This document shows positions 9,016-18,689 of a stretch of DNA of 64,000 bases, one piece after another. Location of the stretch: NCBI GenBank assembly GCA_021787125.1, contig JAJYMI010000060.1, forward strand, positions 950 to 64,949. Reading direction: 5' to 3'. Positions within the stretch are counted from its first letter, which is position 1. Each line of letters starts with the position of its first letter. The notes beneath the pieces are model-generated. The model had not been told where the DNA came from and did not search any database. It saw only the letters and a program-made list of their open reading frames with translations. This DNA is from Thermoplasmata archaeon (lineage in GTDB: Archaea; Thermoplasmatota; Thermoplasmata; Thermoplasmatales; GCA-001856825). Made by a program: the position numbers and the translations under genes.

Positions 9016-9555
9016 TTACAGCCGGTGCTTGTTCATCGCATCGAAGAACAGATCAAAATTACCATTCTCGAACGCTTCTCTAATCATCCTGTAGAATAGC
9101 GAAGTATCCGTGTCAGGAAGCAGTCCATTGATCGCGAGTAATACCCTCTGTTTGGCAGAGATCAACTCCTTGAGGTTGCCTTCGAGGAGCCTAATCTTGT
9201 TGTCTATATCTTTCAGTTGTACGATGAGTTCCTGTAAGTTTCCTTCAAGACTCTCCGTCTCCTCTTCTTCATTGTCGAAGACGGAAATGCTCTCGATAAA
9301 TTGTAGGAGTGAAAGGAGAGGGTGATTGGCCTTATAGAGGATCCTTGGAGGCCCTTCATCCGACTCTATCTTTCCGACCTTAAAGACAAGACCACTGTCT
9401 TCCAGTAGTCTGATGTGTTTTGCTATCAGTTGCTGTGAGCTTCCGAGGGACCTTGCAAGTTCGAATGTGTAAGAAGGCCTAATCGACAGAATGCTCAGTA
9501 TCCTTCTCCTTATGTCATTGTCTATTAGATCCAGCAGATCGGTCGACATGTTCAC
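9016..9555 (-). CDS. Winged-helix (ArsR/Phr-like) transcriptional regulator with C-terminal coiled coil
   Basis: wHTH region (RRRILSILSIRPSYTFELARSLGSSQQLIAKHIRLLEDSGLV). Start GTG 9555 or ATG 9549, abutting the hsp20 stop. Confidence 0.7.
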   Translation of the reverse strand: MNMSTDLLDLIDNDIRRRILSILSIRPSYTFELARSLGSSQQLIAKHIRLLEDSGLVFKVGKIESDEGPPRILYKANHPLLSLLQFIESISVFDNEEEETESLEGNLQELIVQLKDIDNKIRLLEGNLKELISAKQRVLLAINGLLPDTDTSLFYRMIREAFENGNFDLFFDAMNKHRL

Positions 9556-10112
9556 TCTATTGGAATTCTCCTCCCTTCTCTCTTCTTTGTTGGGGGTTTC
9601 TTTACTATCACATCAAGGACACCATTGGAGTATGAGGCCTTCACGTTTTCCGGAAGGGCATCATTTTCGAGCTCAACTTCCTTGTAATATTTTCTTCCCT
9701 CTTTCTCCACTTTCACGATGAGAACATTGTCGCTCGTTTCGATCGAAATGTCGCTCTTTGAAACACCAGGAATTTCCATGGTGATGTCTGTCTCATCCTC
9801 TCTCCGCTGGATATCTGTAATCGGTTCTCTGTACTCCAAGCTGGGAAGTTCTGCGTGCTCTGAATCCTCTCTAGGAATGTTACCAAATTCCTTGAACTCG
9901 GGTTTTCCATCAGTTCCCAGTCGGTAAGTGAAACCATAAACGTAAGTTCCGGGCTGATCCTGCTCCTTTATATTTTCAATCTCGTCGAAAGTATCAAACC
10001 ATCTCTCTATGAATTTTCTGTATTCTCTGTCACTGTTTTCTAGGAAGTCCTGGATATCGTTCCAGAAGTCATCATCTTTTCTTCTAATCTTTCTATTAAC
10101 CATGTTTACCAC
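9552..10112 (-). CDS. Small heat-shock protein (Hsp20/alpha-crystallin family)
   Basis: Alpha-crystallin domain (ITMEIPGVSKSDISIE...ASYSNGVLDVIV). ATG at 10103 is a possible true start. Confidence 0.85.
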   Translation of the reverse strand: MVNMVNRKIRRKDDDFWNDIQDFLENSDREYRKFIERWFDTFDEIENIKEQDQPGTYVYGFTYRLGTDGKPEFKEFGNIPREDSEHAELPSLEYREPITDIQRREDETDITMEIPGVSKSDISIETSDNVLIVKVEKEGRKYYKEVELENDALPENVKASYSNGVLDVIVKKPPTKKREGRRIPIE

Positions 10113-10145
10113 CTTTGGTTAACAACCTCTTGTTGAGTAGTAATC

Positions 10146-10159
10146 AATAACACGTTATT
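10146..10159. promoter_or_regulatory. Palindrome AATAAC-AC-GTTATT in the hsp20 promoter region
   Basis: Perfect 6-bp arms, 34-47 nt upstream of the hsp20 start, embedded in a TATA-like TTTAATAA on the minus strand. Confidence 0.3.
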
Positions 10160-10278
10160 AAACCTTGCTAATATGAAATTTCTGGAGTTTGCAGCGCTCA
10201 ATTCTGTCAAGGAAAAACGTGAGTCATAATTACTATTTTGAAATTAGATATATTTCTTTGATTTACATATGCGGAGTC

Positions 10279-12078
10279 TCACTTTTGCCTCTTGAGGGCT
10301 CTGTTGTATTCCATTATTGTCGTGATCAAAGATAGGTGACTGAATGCCTGAGGGTAATTCCCGAGATATCTGTGCGTCTTGAACTCCAGTTCCTCTGGAA
10401 GCAGACTTACGTCGTTGAGCAGATCTAGGATCATCATCAGTCCATCGTGAGCGATCTGAAGACGCCCATCCTGGATCAAGTTCCGGATGTACCAGAACGA
10501 CACCATAAGGAATGCGTTATCCTCACCTCTTAGCCCGTCCTGGAGGGTGTACCTTCTGAACAGGAATTTTTCCGGCATTAACCTCTCTTCTATTTCCGTA
10601 AACGTATTCTTGTAGACATTATCTGCCATTGTGCAAAAACCAAAGAGTGGAAGCCTCAGAAGGGCCGAGTCAACGTCGTCTGTCTCGTAGCTCTGCTTGA
10701 AGTATCCACTTGATGAAATCCCCTTCCCGTATATCTCTTCCCTGAGTGACCTTGCTTCGGTCATAACAGTTTTGGCATATTCCTCGTTTCCCATCTTTGA
10801 GTAGAGCCACGACAAGTCAGTCAAGGCCTTCCATGCAAGTGCCTTGGAGTAGACGTAATTCCTCTTGTCCCCCCTGATCTCCCAGATGGAAGAGTCGGGT
10901 TCTCTCCATATGTTGATCAGCGAATTTCCTATGAGGAAGACTTTCTCGGTTGTGTGAACACTCAAAAACCCAGAGTTCTCGAGGAGCATCCGCAGGGAAA
11001 TGATCAATGAAGCGTATTGATCTATCTGGAGCTGATTGCTTGCTCCGTTCCCTATCCTAACAGGAGAAGAATTCATGTAACCGCTTAGATCGAGGGACGT
11101 CTCATCTATGATGGAGTCTTCGCTCACCCTGTAGATGGACGAGAGTTTCCCGTCCTTCTCAAATCTGTCAATAATGGACAGGTAAAATTTTGTAGCTTCT
11201 TCTATGTACCCGAGCTGGACAAGTCCCTCTATGACATAGGCAGTGTCCCTTACCCACATGAATCTGTAATCCCAGTTTCTCTCCCCACCAATCGACTCTG
11301 GAAGGGAAGTAGTAGCTGACGCAACCATGAAACTGTTGGGCTCAAAGAAGAGGCCCTTCAGCGTTAGTAGAGACCTGTTTACTATGTCATAGAATATTCC
11401 CTGATACTTCGATTTCATCAGCCACTCTTTCCAGAATCTCCGAGTTTGCCACAGTCTGTCCTCGCTGAAGAAGAGCTCAGGAGGATACGCCTTCTTCAGA
11501 TTGTGAGTGGTAACCAACCATCTCACTTCGGTCGCAGGAAGGTTTACCGTTCCAGTGACTGAATTCCCTTCCACTTGAAGGTCCAGATCTGTAGAAAGAA
11601 ATTGGCTGGAGTTCTCTGAATAGACCATGTACCCTTTGCTGTCCACTTTCTCTATAGATTTCCTGTTCTTCAGGATGAAGGGGTTGAAGTCTATTTCTAT
11701 GTTCACGTCCGCATAAGTCTCTATCCTCCTATGGATCTCGGAGAAGTAAACTGCATGTTCGAAACTCATCGGTAAGAAATCCATCACGGACATGATCTTG
11801 TTTCTCTTATCAGAAAACATGGTGTGTAGTATGTTTGTATCTGGCTCGTAGTATTGTTTTGCTTCAAGGTTCCTATTGACTGGGTGAATGCTGAAATAAC
11901 CGCCCTTTTCCCTGTCTAATATTGAGGAAAACACCATCTCGGAATCGAAGTTCGGGAAACAGGCGAAATCAACCTCACCATGCTTTGATACGAGGGCGGC
12001 GGTTCTATTGTTTAGGAGTACGCCGTGATCCTCAATTCTTGGAAATTCAGGGTCGTTAGGCACCTTCCATAAACTCAA
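10279..12078 (-). CDS. Glycoside hydrolase family 15 (glucoamylase/trehalase-like)
   Basis: 599 aa with GH15 catalytic-domain motifs (ERNWDYRFMWVRDTAY). TTG start. Confidence 0.85.
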   Translation of the reverse strand: MSLWKVPNDPEFPRIEDHGVLLNNRTAALVSKHGEVDFACFPNFDSEMVFSSILDREKGGYFSIHPVNRNLEAKQYYEPDTNILHTMFSDKRNKIMSVMDFLPMSFEHAVYFSEIHRRIETYADVNIEIDFNPFILKNRKSIEKVDSKGYMVYSENSSQFLSTDLDLQVEGNSVTGTVNLPATEVRWLVTTHNLKKAYPPELFFSEDRLWQTRRFWKEWLMKSKYQGIFYDIVNRSLLTLKGLFFEPNSFMVASATTSLPESIGGERNWDYRFMWVRDTAYVIEGLVQLGYIEEATKFYLSIIDRFEKDGKLSSIYRVSEDSIIDETSLDLSGYMNSSPVRIGNGASNQLQIDQYASLIISLRMLLENSGFLSVHTTEKVFLIGNSLINIWREPDSSIWEIRGDKRNYVYSKALAWKALTDLSWLYSKMGNEEYAKTVMTEARSLREEIYGKGISSSGYFKQSYETDDVDSALLRLPLFGFCTMADNVYKNTFTEIEERLMPEKFLFRRYTLQDGLRGEDNAFLMVSFWYIRNLIQDGRLQIAHDGLMMILDLLNDVSLLPEELEFKTHRYLGNYPQAFSHLSLITTIMEYNRALKRQK

Positions 12079-12314
12079 TCCTCTTTTAAACCCTTTTCAA
12101 GCTAAGTGTAAAAGGGTTGCATTCCTCATCAGATATAATCCCAGGGATTGTTTGATACGGATCCAATAGTAACGAGAGGGCACCTAATGGAACCTTTCGC
12201 AGCAGTAATGCAAGACAGGTGGAGATAGCAGAATATCGGTTGACATTTCTGACGTCAAGAGAACCTTCTGGAAGCATTATCGCCAGTGGTAGAGATTGAA
12301 TTTGTTAAAACGAT

Positions 12315-12341
12315 TATCGATAACGATATCGTTATATATAC
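12315..12341 (+). promoter_or_regulatory. Overlapping perfect palindromes plus TATA box upstream of the PadR gene
   Basis: TTATCGATAA (12315-12324) and ATAACGATATCGTTAT (12320-12335) are followed by TTATATATAC (12332-12341), about 20 nt before ATG 12358. Confidence 0.4.
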
Positions 12342-12357
12342 TGTTGAATTTACGTTT

Positions 12358-12894
12358 ATGGAACCTGGAGAGGGTCGATGGAATAGGGGAATAATCTTCT
12401 TCATAATACTGTCGATGGCAAAGGACGGTCCAATCTACGGTAATCAGGTTGCAAACCTGATCTCTGAAAAAACAGAGGGTGCATGGAAGCCAAGTCCAGG
12501 CTCTATTTATCCAGCACTCGAACGACTGAAACACAGGGGTTTTATCGAACGGTATGAGGAAGAAGGAAAGGTCATGTACAGAATCACTGAGAAGGGTTCT
12601 ACATTCATCGCAAAAATAAAGACGAGACACCTAGAGCGCTCTCCCATGGCCAAGTTCATGGGAAAACTGTGGATGGATGCACAGAATCCCGAAGAGCGGA
12701 TGAGGTTCATACTGACATCTGCTCAGAACACTACGGAGTCACTTGAAGAGAACTTGAGGACAATCAGAGGAGGCTTGGAGAATCCAAAGCAATACGAGGT
12801 GTTTCTGATGACCTACGAACTCGAACTTGAAAAAGCACTGAAGATCCTCAAAGATGCCAGAAGAGAATTGGCTGAAAACCAAGAGGTGAAATAA
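12358..12894 (+). CDS. PadR family transcriptional regulator
   Basis: IILSMAKDGPIYGNQVANLI...WKPSPGSIYPALERL is the PadR wHTH signature. ATG 12358 is preferred over the track's GTG 12286 because the promoter and palindromes lie between the two. Confidence 0.8.
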   Translation: MEPGEGRWNRGIIFFIILSMAKDGPIYGNQVANLISEKTEGAWKPSPGSIYPALERLKHRGFIERYEEEGKVMYRITEKGSTFIAKIKTRHLERSPMAKFMGKLWMDAQNPEERMRFILTSAQNTTESLEENLRTIRGGLENPKQYEVFLMTYELELEKALKILKDARRELAENQEVK

Positions 12895-13892
12895 TGGAAG
12901 GAGCAATTATAGATCGAAATAATCTAACTAAAATATACAACGGCAAAGTGAAGGCAGTTATCGATCTGAATCTGTCTATCAAGGAAGGAGAAATATATGG
13001 TCTTGCTGGTCCTAACGGAGCAGGCAAAACAACCACCATCAACATGCTGATTACTAGGATTTCCCCTACCGGGGGAAAGGCCACCGTTGGTGGATTTGAC
13101 ATCACCAAGAACTCAATGCAGGTAAGGAAGCTGATAGGAGTGGTACCACAGGATTTCACTGCAGACGAGGACCTAACGGGCAGAGAGAACCTGACGATGG
13201 TATCGCAGTTCTACGATGTTCCAAAAGCAAAGGCACAGGAGAACATCAAGACTCTACTCAAGCTGGTGGATCTAGAAGAAGCTGCTGACAGGCTAGTCAG
13301 AACATATTCGGGCGGAATGAGGAAGAGACTTGAACTGATAATCGGGTTGGTACACGAACCAAAGATACTGTTTCTCGATGAGCCCACACTGGGTCTGGAC
13401 GTTCAGACGAGAACTCAGATGTGGAACTATGTCAAGGAGATTCAGTCCAGACTGAATGTGACTATTATTCTGACTTCTCATTACCTGGAAGAGATAGACG
13501 AACTCGCAGCGAGAGTTTCCATCATAGATCACGGAAAGGTCTTGATCACTGGAAGTCCTGCGCAGTTGAAGGAGTCACTAAAGGGAGACATCATCAGCGT
13601 GACACTGACGGATCAGAAGAGTGTGGAGACCATGAAAACGATCCAGGGAGTTGTGGAGGTTACTGACGCAGGATCAAACACAGTTAGAATAAAAGTGGTA
13701 AGCGCAGACAATGATCTTCCCAAGATCATAAATTTCATTTCTCAACACGGACTGTCAACCACCAGGCTGACCGTTCAAAAGCCCACCCTGGATGAAGTAT
13801 TCCTCGAATATACTGGAAAGACCATCAGGGAGGCAGAAGGAGGAGAGGATGCGAGAAAGATGGCAATGAACATGAGGAGGGCAAGACAATGA
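12894..13892 (+). CDS. ABC transporter ATP-binding protein (DrrA/ABC-2 type)
   Basis: Walker A GPNGAGKTT, signature YSGGMRKRL, Walker B ILFLDEP. Start overlaps the PadR stop. Confidence 0.9.
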   Translation: MEGAIIDRNNLTKIYNGKVKAVIDLNLSIKEGEIYGLAGPNGAGKTTTINMLITRISPTGGKATVGGFDITKNSMQVRKLIGVVPQDFTADEDLTGRENLTMVSQFYDVPKAKAQENIKTLLKLVDLEEAADRLVRTYSGGMRKRLELIIGLVHEPKILFLDEPTLGLDVQTRTQMWNYVKEIQSRLNVTIILTSHYLEEIDELAARVSIIDHGKVLITGSPAQLKESLKGDIISVTLTDQKSVETMKTIQGVVEVTDAGSNTVRIKVVSADNDLPKIINFISQHGLSTTRLTVQKPTLDEVFLEYTGKTIREAEGGEDARKMAMNMRRARQ

Positions 13893-14707
13893 GCGGATTG
13901 TGGCCACTGACCGTAAGAGAACTTAAGAAATGGGTCAGAAATCCGACATTCTTCTTCACAGGTCTAATACAACCCATCTTCTGGATCGCACTTTTCGGAA
14001 GTGCGTTCGATATCACGAAATTCCTTTCTGGACCCAGCGGAGGAGCCGCAGCCAGCTACATACTGGATGGTGCTCCAAACTATATAACGTACATAGTTGG
14101 GGGAGTGCTCACAACGATGGGACTCTTCACCGCAATGTTTGCCGGAACTCAGATAATTTTCGATAGAAGGCTTGGTCCTATGGGAAGATTCCTCTCTTCC
14201 CCAATCAGGAGGAGTTCCATAGTTTTCTCAAAGATCATATCTTCAGTAATCAGGATCTTGCCTCAGGTCGTGATTCTGGTAGTAGCGGCCTATCTAATCC
14301 CTAACGGACTAAAGTTCCCACACGGATTCACCATTCTGGATGTTCTGGTGATGGCAACCGCAATCATCCTTATCGCGTTCATCTTCTCGTCAATATTCAG
14401 TGTGATAGCGACCAGAATGACAAACATGCAGTCGATATTCGGAATAGTCAACCTGGTAAATCTGCCACTCATGTTCGTAAGCTATGCAATGTTCTCAAGA
14501 CAGATGATGGCTACCTGGCTCGGTAATGTCGCTCAGTATAACCCCGTATCTTGGTCAGCAGAGGCGATCAGAATGGTCATCATAAATGGGACTTTGACGA
14601 CCTCCCAGTGGACCCAGGTTGGGCAGTGGCTTGGTGCACTAGCCATTCTCGCAATAGGTTTGCTGTCGTTTACGGCATATCTAGTCGAGAAGGAGATAAG
14701 GGACTAG
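13889..14707 (+). CDS. ABC-2 type transporter permease
   Basis: 272 aa, 6 hydrophobic segments, 4-bp overlap with the ATPase gene. Confidence 0.85.
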   Translation: MSGLWPLTVRELKKWVRNPTFFFTGLIQPIFWIALFGSAFDITKFLSGPSGGAAASYILDGAPNYITYIVGGVLTTMGLFTAMFAGTQIIFDRRLGPMGRFLSSPIRRSSIVFSKIISSVIRILPQVVILVVAAYLIPNGLKFPHGFTILDVLVMATAIILIAFIFSSIFSVIATRMTNMQSIFGIVNLVNLPLMFVSYAMFSRQMMATWLGNVAQYNPVSWSAEAIRMVIINGTLTTSQWTQVGQWLGALAILAIGLLSFTAYLVEKEIRD

Positions 14708-14740
14708 ATCTCTTGGAAGTACGCTCAAGGTATCAATTCA

Positions 14741-14764
14741 CTTTTCATTTTTTTCTTATTTTTA
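14741..14764 (+). terminator. Oligo-T terminator after the PadR-ABC operon
   Basis: CTTTTCATTTTTTTCTTATTTTTA lies about 35 nt after the stop. Confidence 0.4.
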
Positions 14765-14818
14765 TGGGTCGTGAGCTTTTCTCAGAATGGTGTCAATTCA
14801 TTGACCCAAACCTATATT

Positions 14819-16027
14819 TTATCTTCCAGCAACATTCGCCAACTGTGTGGGTGAATTCTTCTTCAGAGAGTACTGAAATACGGTAGTAAAGGCAATTGCC
14901 ATTATGACGGTTGCAAATATAGCAATGGAATAATCTGTGTTATTTGTAAACCCTTTTGAAAGAGCAATAGATGCGATGATGATACCCACAGCTCCTCTCC
15001 CTCCAAATAGTCCCAGGGACACGGTGGGTGCAATGCTCTTCATGTACCGCTTGGAAAATATGTACGCAGCGAATCCGCCTATCGAGGTAGTTACAGCAAT
15101 CAGAAACAGCAAATAGGGAAGGTATGAGACGGGTATAATCGTTATTTCAATGCCCGAGATGCTGAAAAATAAAGGAATGAAAAAACTAGAGTTGATGCGC
15201 TGGAACGTTCGCTTAAGAATTCCATAGGCATGTTCACCGATGGTGTTTTGGTGAATAATTAGACCAGAGAAGAATGCCCCCAGAACGAATGTAATGCCTA
15301 TATATTCAAAAAGTACCGACGCGGCTAGCCCCATCAGTATCACTACGGCAAATATGATTCCTTCCTTCTCCCTTCTAGTAAACACATCAAGTCTTCTTAT
15401 CAGAATTTCTGATTTTGATTTGAGTAACATATCAAGGAAGTACAGGCAGACAACGAATGCAGCGAGAGAGGCAGTGTCGACAGCTATTGTTAGGGCCGCA
15501 AGATGTAACGAGACTAGGATTATGAAGGCTATGGTGTCGCTCATGGCGACGCCTCCCAGGAGGCGAAGTCCATCGTCGATCTTAATCAGGCCAGACCTGA
15601 CGAGCAGTACAGACGCTATTGAGATGGAGGGCACGCTGACCGATAGAGAGGTGCTGACTGCCTCGATGTACGGAAGCCTGAAAATGAAAACCGAGCCTGC
15701 AGACATAACTATGAGCGGTACGATGAAAGAGGTCAATGCAAAGCTTGTTATGTATCGCGCGTTCTTTGTGAATATATCCGCTGAGGCCTCAACACCTATC
15801 TGGAGAATAATGAAAAAAAGTGCGAGAACGCTTATTGTAGATAGCTCGGATGAAGGTACTATAATGCCAGTAAGAGCAGGGCCAAGGATAATACCCGCAA
15901 TTATTGCTCCCACGACTTCTGGAAGGGAAAACCTGTTGAATATCTCCCCCAAACCGATTGCTACTATCAACAGGAGCAAAATTGAGGTAATCAAGTCGAG
16001 CATCAGAATCTCTAGATTCAAAAGCAT
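14819..16027 (-). CDS. Cation:proton antiporter (CPA2/Kef-NapA-like)
   Basis: 402 aa polytopic membrane protein with a sodium/hydrogen exchanger family pattern. Confidence 0.8.
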   Translation of the reverse strand: MLLNLEILMLDLITSILLLLIVAIGLGEIFNRFSLPEVVGAIIAGIILGPALTGIIVPSSELSTISVLALFFIILQIGVEASADIFTKNARYITSFALTSFIVPLIVMSAGSVFIFRLPYIEAVSTSLSVSVPSISIASVLLVRSGLIKIDDGLRLLGGVAMSDTIAFIILVSLHLAALTIAVDTASLAAFVVCLYFLDMLLKSKSEILIRRLDVFTRREKEGIIFAVVILMGLAASVLFEYIGITFVLGAFFSGLIIHQNTIGEHAYGILKRTFQRINSSFFIPLFFSISGIEITIIPVSYLPYLLFLIAVTTSIGGFAAYIFSKRYMKSIAPTVSLGLFGGRGAVGIIIASIALSKGFTNNTDYSIAIFATVIMAIAFTTVFQYSLKKNSPTQLANVAGR

Positions 16028-16108
16028 ATAAACTGTTCCAAATAAAAAGAACTGCAGAACCTCTTACGATTCCCTTTCCGGAAAGCTCTCCTGATAGTAG
16101 CGACAGTC

Positions 16109-17455
16109 TTATTTTTGCAATTCTTTTTCTGCGGGACTGAGCGAATTCGCGGCGACACCCGGGGGAACATAGTTGCGAGAGAGGATGGAGAACAGCAGTG
16201 ATCCGACGAGTATTGTGAATATCACCACATAGAATAGGATGTTGCCAAAGAGACCGAAGACGGATGGGTCAGTGGAAAGCAGTATTCCGGCGAGAACGAT
16301 CACGGTCGAACCTCTTTGAATTAGTCCGGACACTATAACCGAATCTTTCCCGAACCACTTGGTGGCTCTCTGGATAGTGAATATCTGTAAGAATCTGATC
16401 GGAACTAAAATAGCGACCAGCAGGAGGGCTACTATTACTCCACCAAAGTCAAATATGTTCACCAAGATTCCGATGTAGACATAGAAGAGAGTCATTACGA
16501 AAAAAGTGATTTCCTGATTGAAATAGCTGAGAGACTCTTTATCAACGACTCCTGAAATCTTCAAAATCTTCGAAATGGGCATGGAATTTGCAATGATTAC
16601 TGAAAATACGAAGATGGTGAGAATTGCAGATGCTCCGATATAATCTGAAACGCCCCATAGGGCAAACAACACGGCAATGGTCGTAATGTAATAGTGGGGC
16701 GCAAGCGCTTGCCGCAAGACTATCAGCCAGACTATCCCGGCGACACCTCCTAGTATCAGGGCTTCGGAGATGCTCCCAAATAGATAACCAGTCAGTCCAG
16801 CGAAACTCATTTGATGATTCATCACGCTCAGAATCAGAAGAACAACAATGATGTTCATTACTGAGTTCATGATAGTTTCGACTTCGATGGTATGTTTGAC
16901 TTTCTCATCCAGATTTATTCTCGATATCAAGGGCACGATAAAGGTAACGGAGGTCTCGCTTAGAACTGCAGAGAGCAGCAGTGAGTCTAGAAGTGGAATC
17001 TTGAGAAAGTAATAGAATATTGGGGTCGATATTCCCATTACAAATATGAGATCAGCAGCCGCAACTGCAATCCCTCTTGAGACAGAGTTGCCATACTTCT
17101 TCAGATCAAGCTTAAGCAGTCCACCAAACACTATCAGGATTAAGGCTACTGTTCCCACGAATCCAAGAAGCTCCCTCATGATTGAGAGGTAAACTCCCGG
17201 GATAACGCCCGTATAGTGAATGGCTACTCCTATGAGCAGTAGAAGCAGCATGTCTGGGATCTTCTTCTTTCTGAATGCAATTTCGCCAATGAACCCTAAG
17301 AACATAATGCCCGCAAGAAGTAACAGCAGCTCGTTGAGATTGATCAACGAAGTCGCATACCGTGGCTCATTATAATTCTTTTCAGGTAAAAAATACGCAA
17401 CATCGAGCGGGAGACTGTTCAACAGAGAACCCTTCAGCCTAGGAGGATGGGTCAC
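16109..17455 (-). CDS. Na+/H+ antiporter (CPA1/NhaP-like)
   Basis: 448 aa polytopic membrane protein, in tandem with the previous antiporter. Confidence 0.75.
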   Translation of the reverse strand: MTHPPRLKGSLLNSLPLDVAYFLPEKNYNEPRYATSLINLNELLLLLAGIMFLGFIGEIAFRKKKIPDMLLLLLIGVAIHYTGVIPGVYLSIMRELLGFVGTVALILIVFGGLLKLDLKKYGNSVSRGIAVAAADLIFVMGISTPIFYYFLKIPLLDSLLLSAVLSETSVTFIVPLISRINLDEKVKHTIEVETIMNSVMNIIVVLLILSVMNHQMSFAGLTGYLFGSISEALILGGVAGIVWLIVLRQALAPHYYITTIAVLFALWGVSDYIGASAILTIFVFSVIIANSMPISKILKISGVVDKESLSYFNQEITFFVMTLFYVYIGILVNIFDFGGVIVALLLVAILVPIRFLQIFTIQRATKWFGKDSVIVSGLIQRGSTVIVLAGILLSTDPSVFGLFGNILFYVVIFTILVGSLLFSILSRNYVPPGVAANSLSPAEKELQK

Positions 17456-17518
17456 GAATTGGCCATCTTTGGTCTAAAATAAAACACCTCCACGGATGGG
17501 TGTGGCAAATTTCACCTA

Positions 17519-17593
17519 CGGGCGCAGAGGGATTTGAACCCTCGACCTACGGCTTAGGAGGCCGTTGCCCTATCCATACTAGGCCATGCGCCC
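17519..17593 (-). tRNA. tRNA-Arg (anticodon CCT)
   Basis: Hand-folded cloverleaf. Acceptor GGGCGCA/TGCGCCC, D stem GCCT/GGGC, anticodon stem ACGGC/GCCGT with loop CTCCTAA, T arm GAGGG-TTCAAAT-CCCTC, discriminator G. No encoded CCA. Confidence 0.9.
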
Positions 17594-17684
17594 CTGTAAC
17601 TCCCGTATCTTCTCCTCGTTTTAATGATTGCCGAGCAAGTGAAAGGTTTTTGCACTGTTCAAATATTATGGAGCGTGATCTAAG

Positions 17685-18656
17685 ATGTCCTTACCAAAAG
17701 TCTCTGTTATTGGAGCTGGACAAGTAGGAGCAATGGTTGCGGAACACATTGCAATCAAAGGGCTTGCCGATGTTAATCTGTTTGATGTAGTAGATGGAGT
17801 TGCAAAGGGGAAGAGCCTCGACATAATGGAAGCGATGCCCCACTGGAATTCTGACTCTTATCTAGACGGATTCACGGTCGGACCTAATGGAGAAAACTAT
17901 GAGAATCTGAAGAATTCAGAAGTAATAGTGATAACTGCAGGGCTGGCAAGAAAGCCTGGGATGAGCAGGGATGATCTGCTGTACAAGAATGTAGACATAA
18001 TCAAGAGTGCAGCGGAAAACGTGAAGAAGTATTCTCCCGATGCTACGATAATTGTCGTTACGAACCCGATGGACATTATGACATATGCAACCTATAGAAT
18101 TGTCTCTCCAAAGAAAAACAAAATAATGGGAATGGGAGGCACACTCGACAGCGGTCGATTCAGAACGTTCATAGCCAAGGAACTTGGTGTTTCGGTGGAT
18201 GATGTTGTGGCGTTCGTCATAGGAGGCCACGGTGATGATATGGTCCCGTTTGTGCGTTACTGTACGGTCGGAGGGATCCCAATCACGGAGCTCCTGTCTA
18301 AGGAAAAGATCGACCAGATCGTGACCAGGACAAGAGGCGGCGGGGGAGAGATCGTGTCCTACTTGAAGACTGGATCTGCTTACTACGCTCCGGGGATATC
18401 TTCTACGGTCATGGTCGAATCGGTACTGAAAGACAAGAAGAGGGTAATCACCTCGCCCGCTCTACTTGATGGAGAGGTGGGAAAACATTACGGTGCAGAT
18501 GGGCTGTTCGTAGGTGTTCCCATAAAAATAGGCAAGTCCGGTGTAGAACAGATCTACAAGATGTCTTTCAACGAAGAAGAAAGAAAGCTCTGGGACGTAA
18601 CGGTCGGCCACGTAAGGGAGAGCGTCCAGAAGGTCAATGCGTACCTCCATCTCTGA
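17685..18656 (+). CDS. mdh: Malate dehydrogenase (LDH-like MDH family)
   Basis: VSVIGAGQVGA Rossmann motif, ITAGLARKPGMSRDDL, GGHGD motifs. Confidence 0.9.
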   Translation: MSLPKVSVIGAGQVGAMVAEHIAIKGLADVNLFDVVDGVAKGKSLDIMEAMPHWNSDSYLDGFTVGPNGENYENLKNSEVIVITAGLARKPGMSRDDLLYKNVDIIKSAAENVKKYSPDATIIVVTNPMDIMTYATYRIVSPKKNKIMGMGGTLDSGRFRTFIAKELGVSVDDVVAFVIGGHGDDMVPFVRYCTVGGIPITELLSKEKIDQIVTRTRGGGGEIVSYLKTGSAYYAPGISSTVMVESVLKDKKRVITSPALLDGEVGKHYGADGLFVGVPIKIGKSGVEQIYKMSFNEEERKLWDVTVGHVRESVQKVNAYLHL

Positions 18657-18680
18657 GTACAATTCTCTATAACTTTCCTA

Positions 18681-18689
18681 TTTTTTTTT
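18681..18689 (+). terminator. T9 run after mdh
   Basis: Nine consecutive T, about 25 nt after the mdh stop, in a convergent intergenic region. Confidence 0.45.

Noticed and set aside
12086-12630. Two ORFs on the - strand (63 aa and 117 aa) between GH15 and the ABC operon
   Set aside because: One lies in the promoter spacer. The other is antisense to the PadR gene, which has a clear family signature. No motifs are recognisable in either.
15294-16031. 245-aa ORF on the + strand
   Set aside because: It is entirely antisense to a convincing cation/proton antiporter gene. Its Ser/Thr/Ile-rich low-complexity translation is typical of a shadow frame.
17500-17727. 75-aa ORF on the + strand
   Set aside because: It runs through the tRNA-Arg gene (opposite strand) and the mdh promoter. 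The tRNA cloverleaf explains the sequence.
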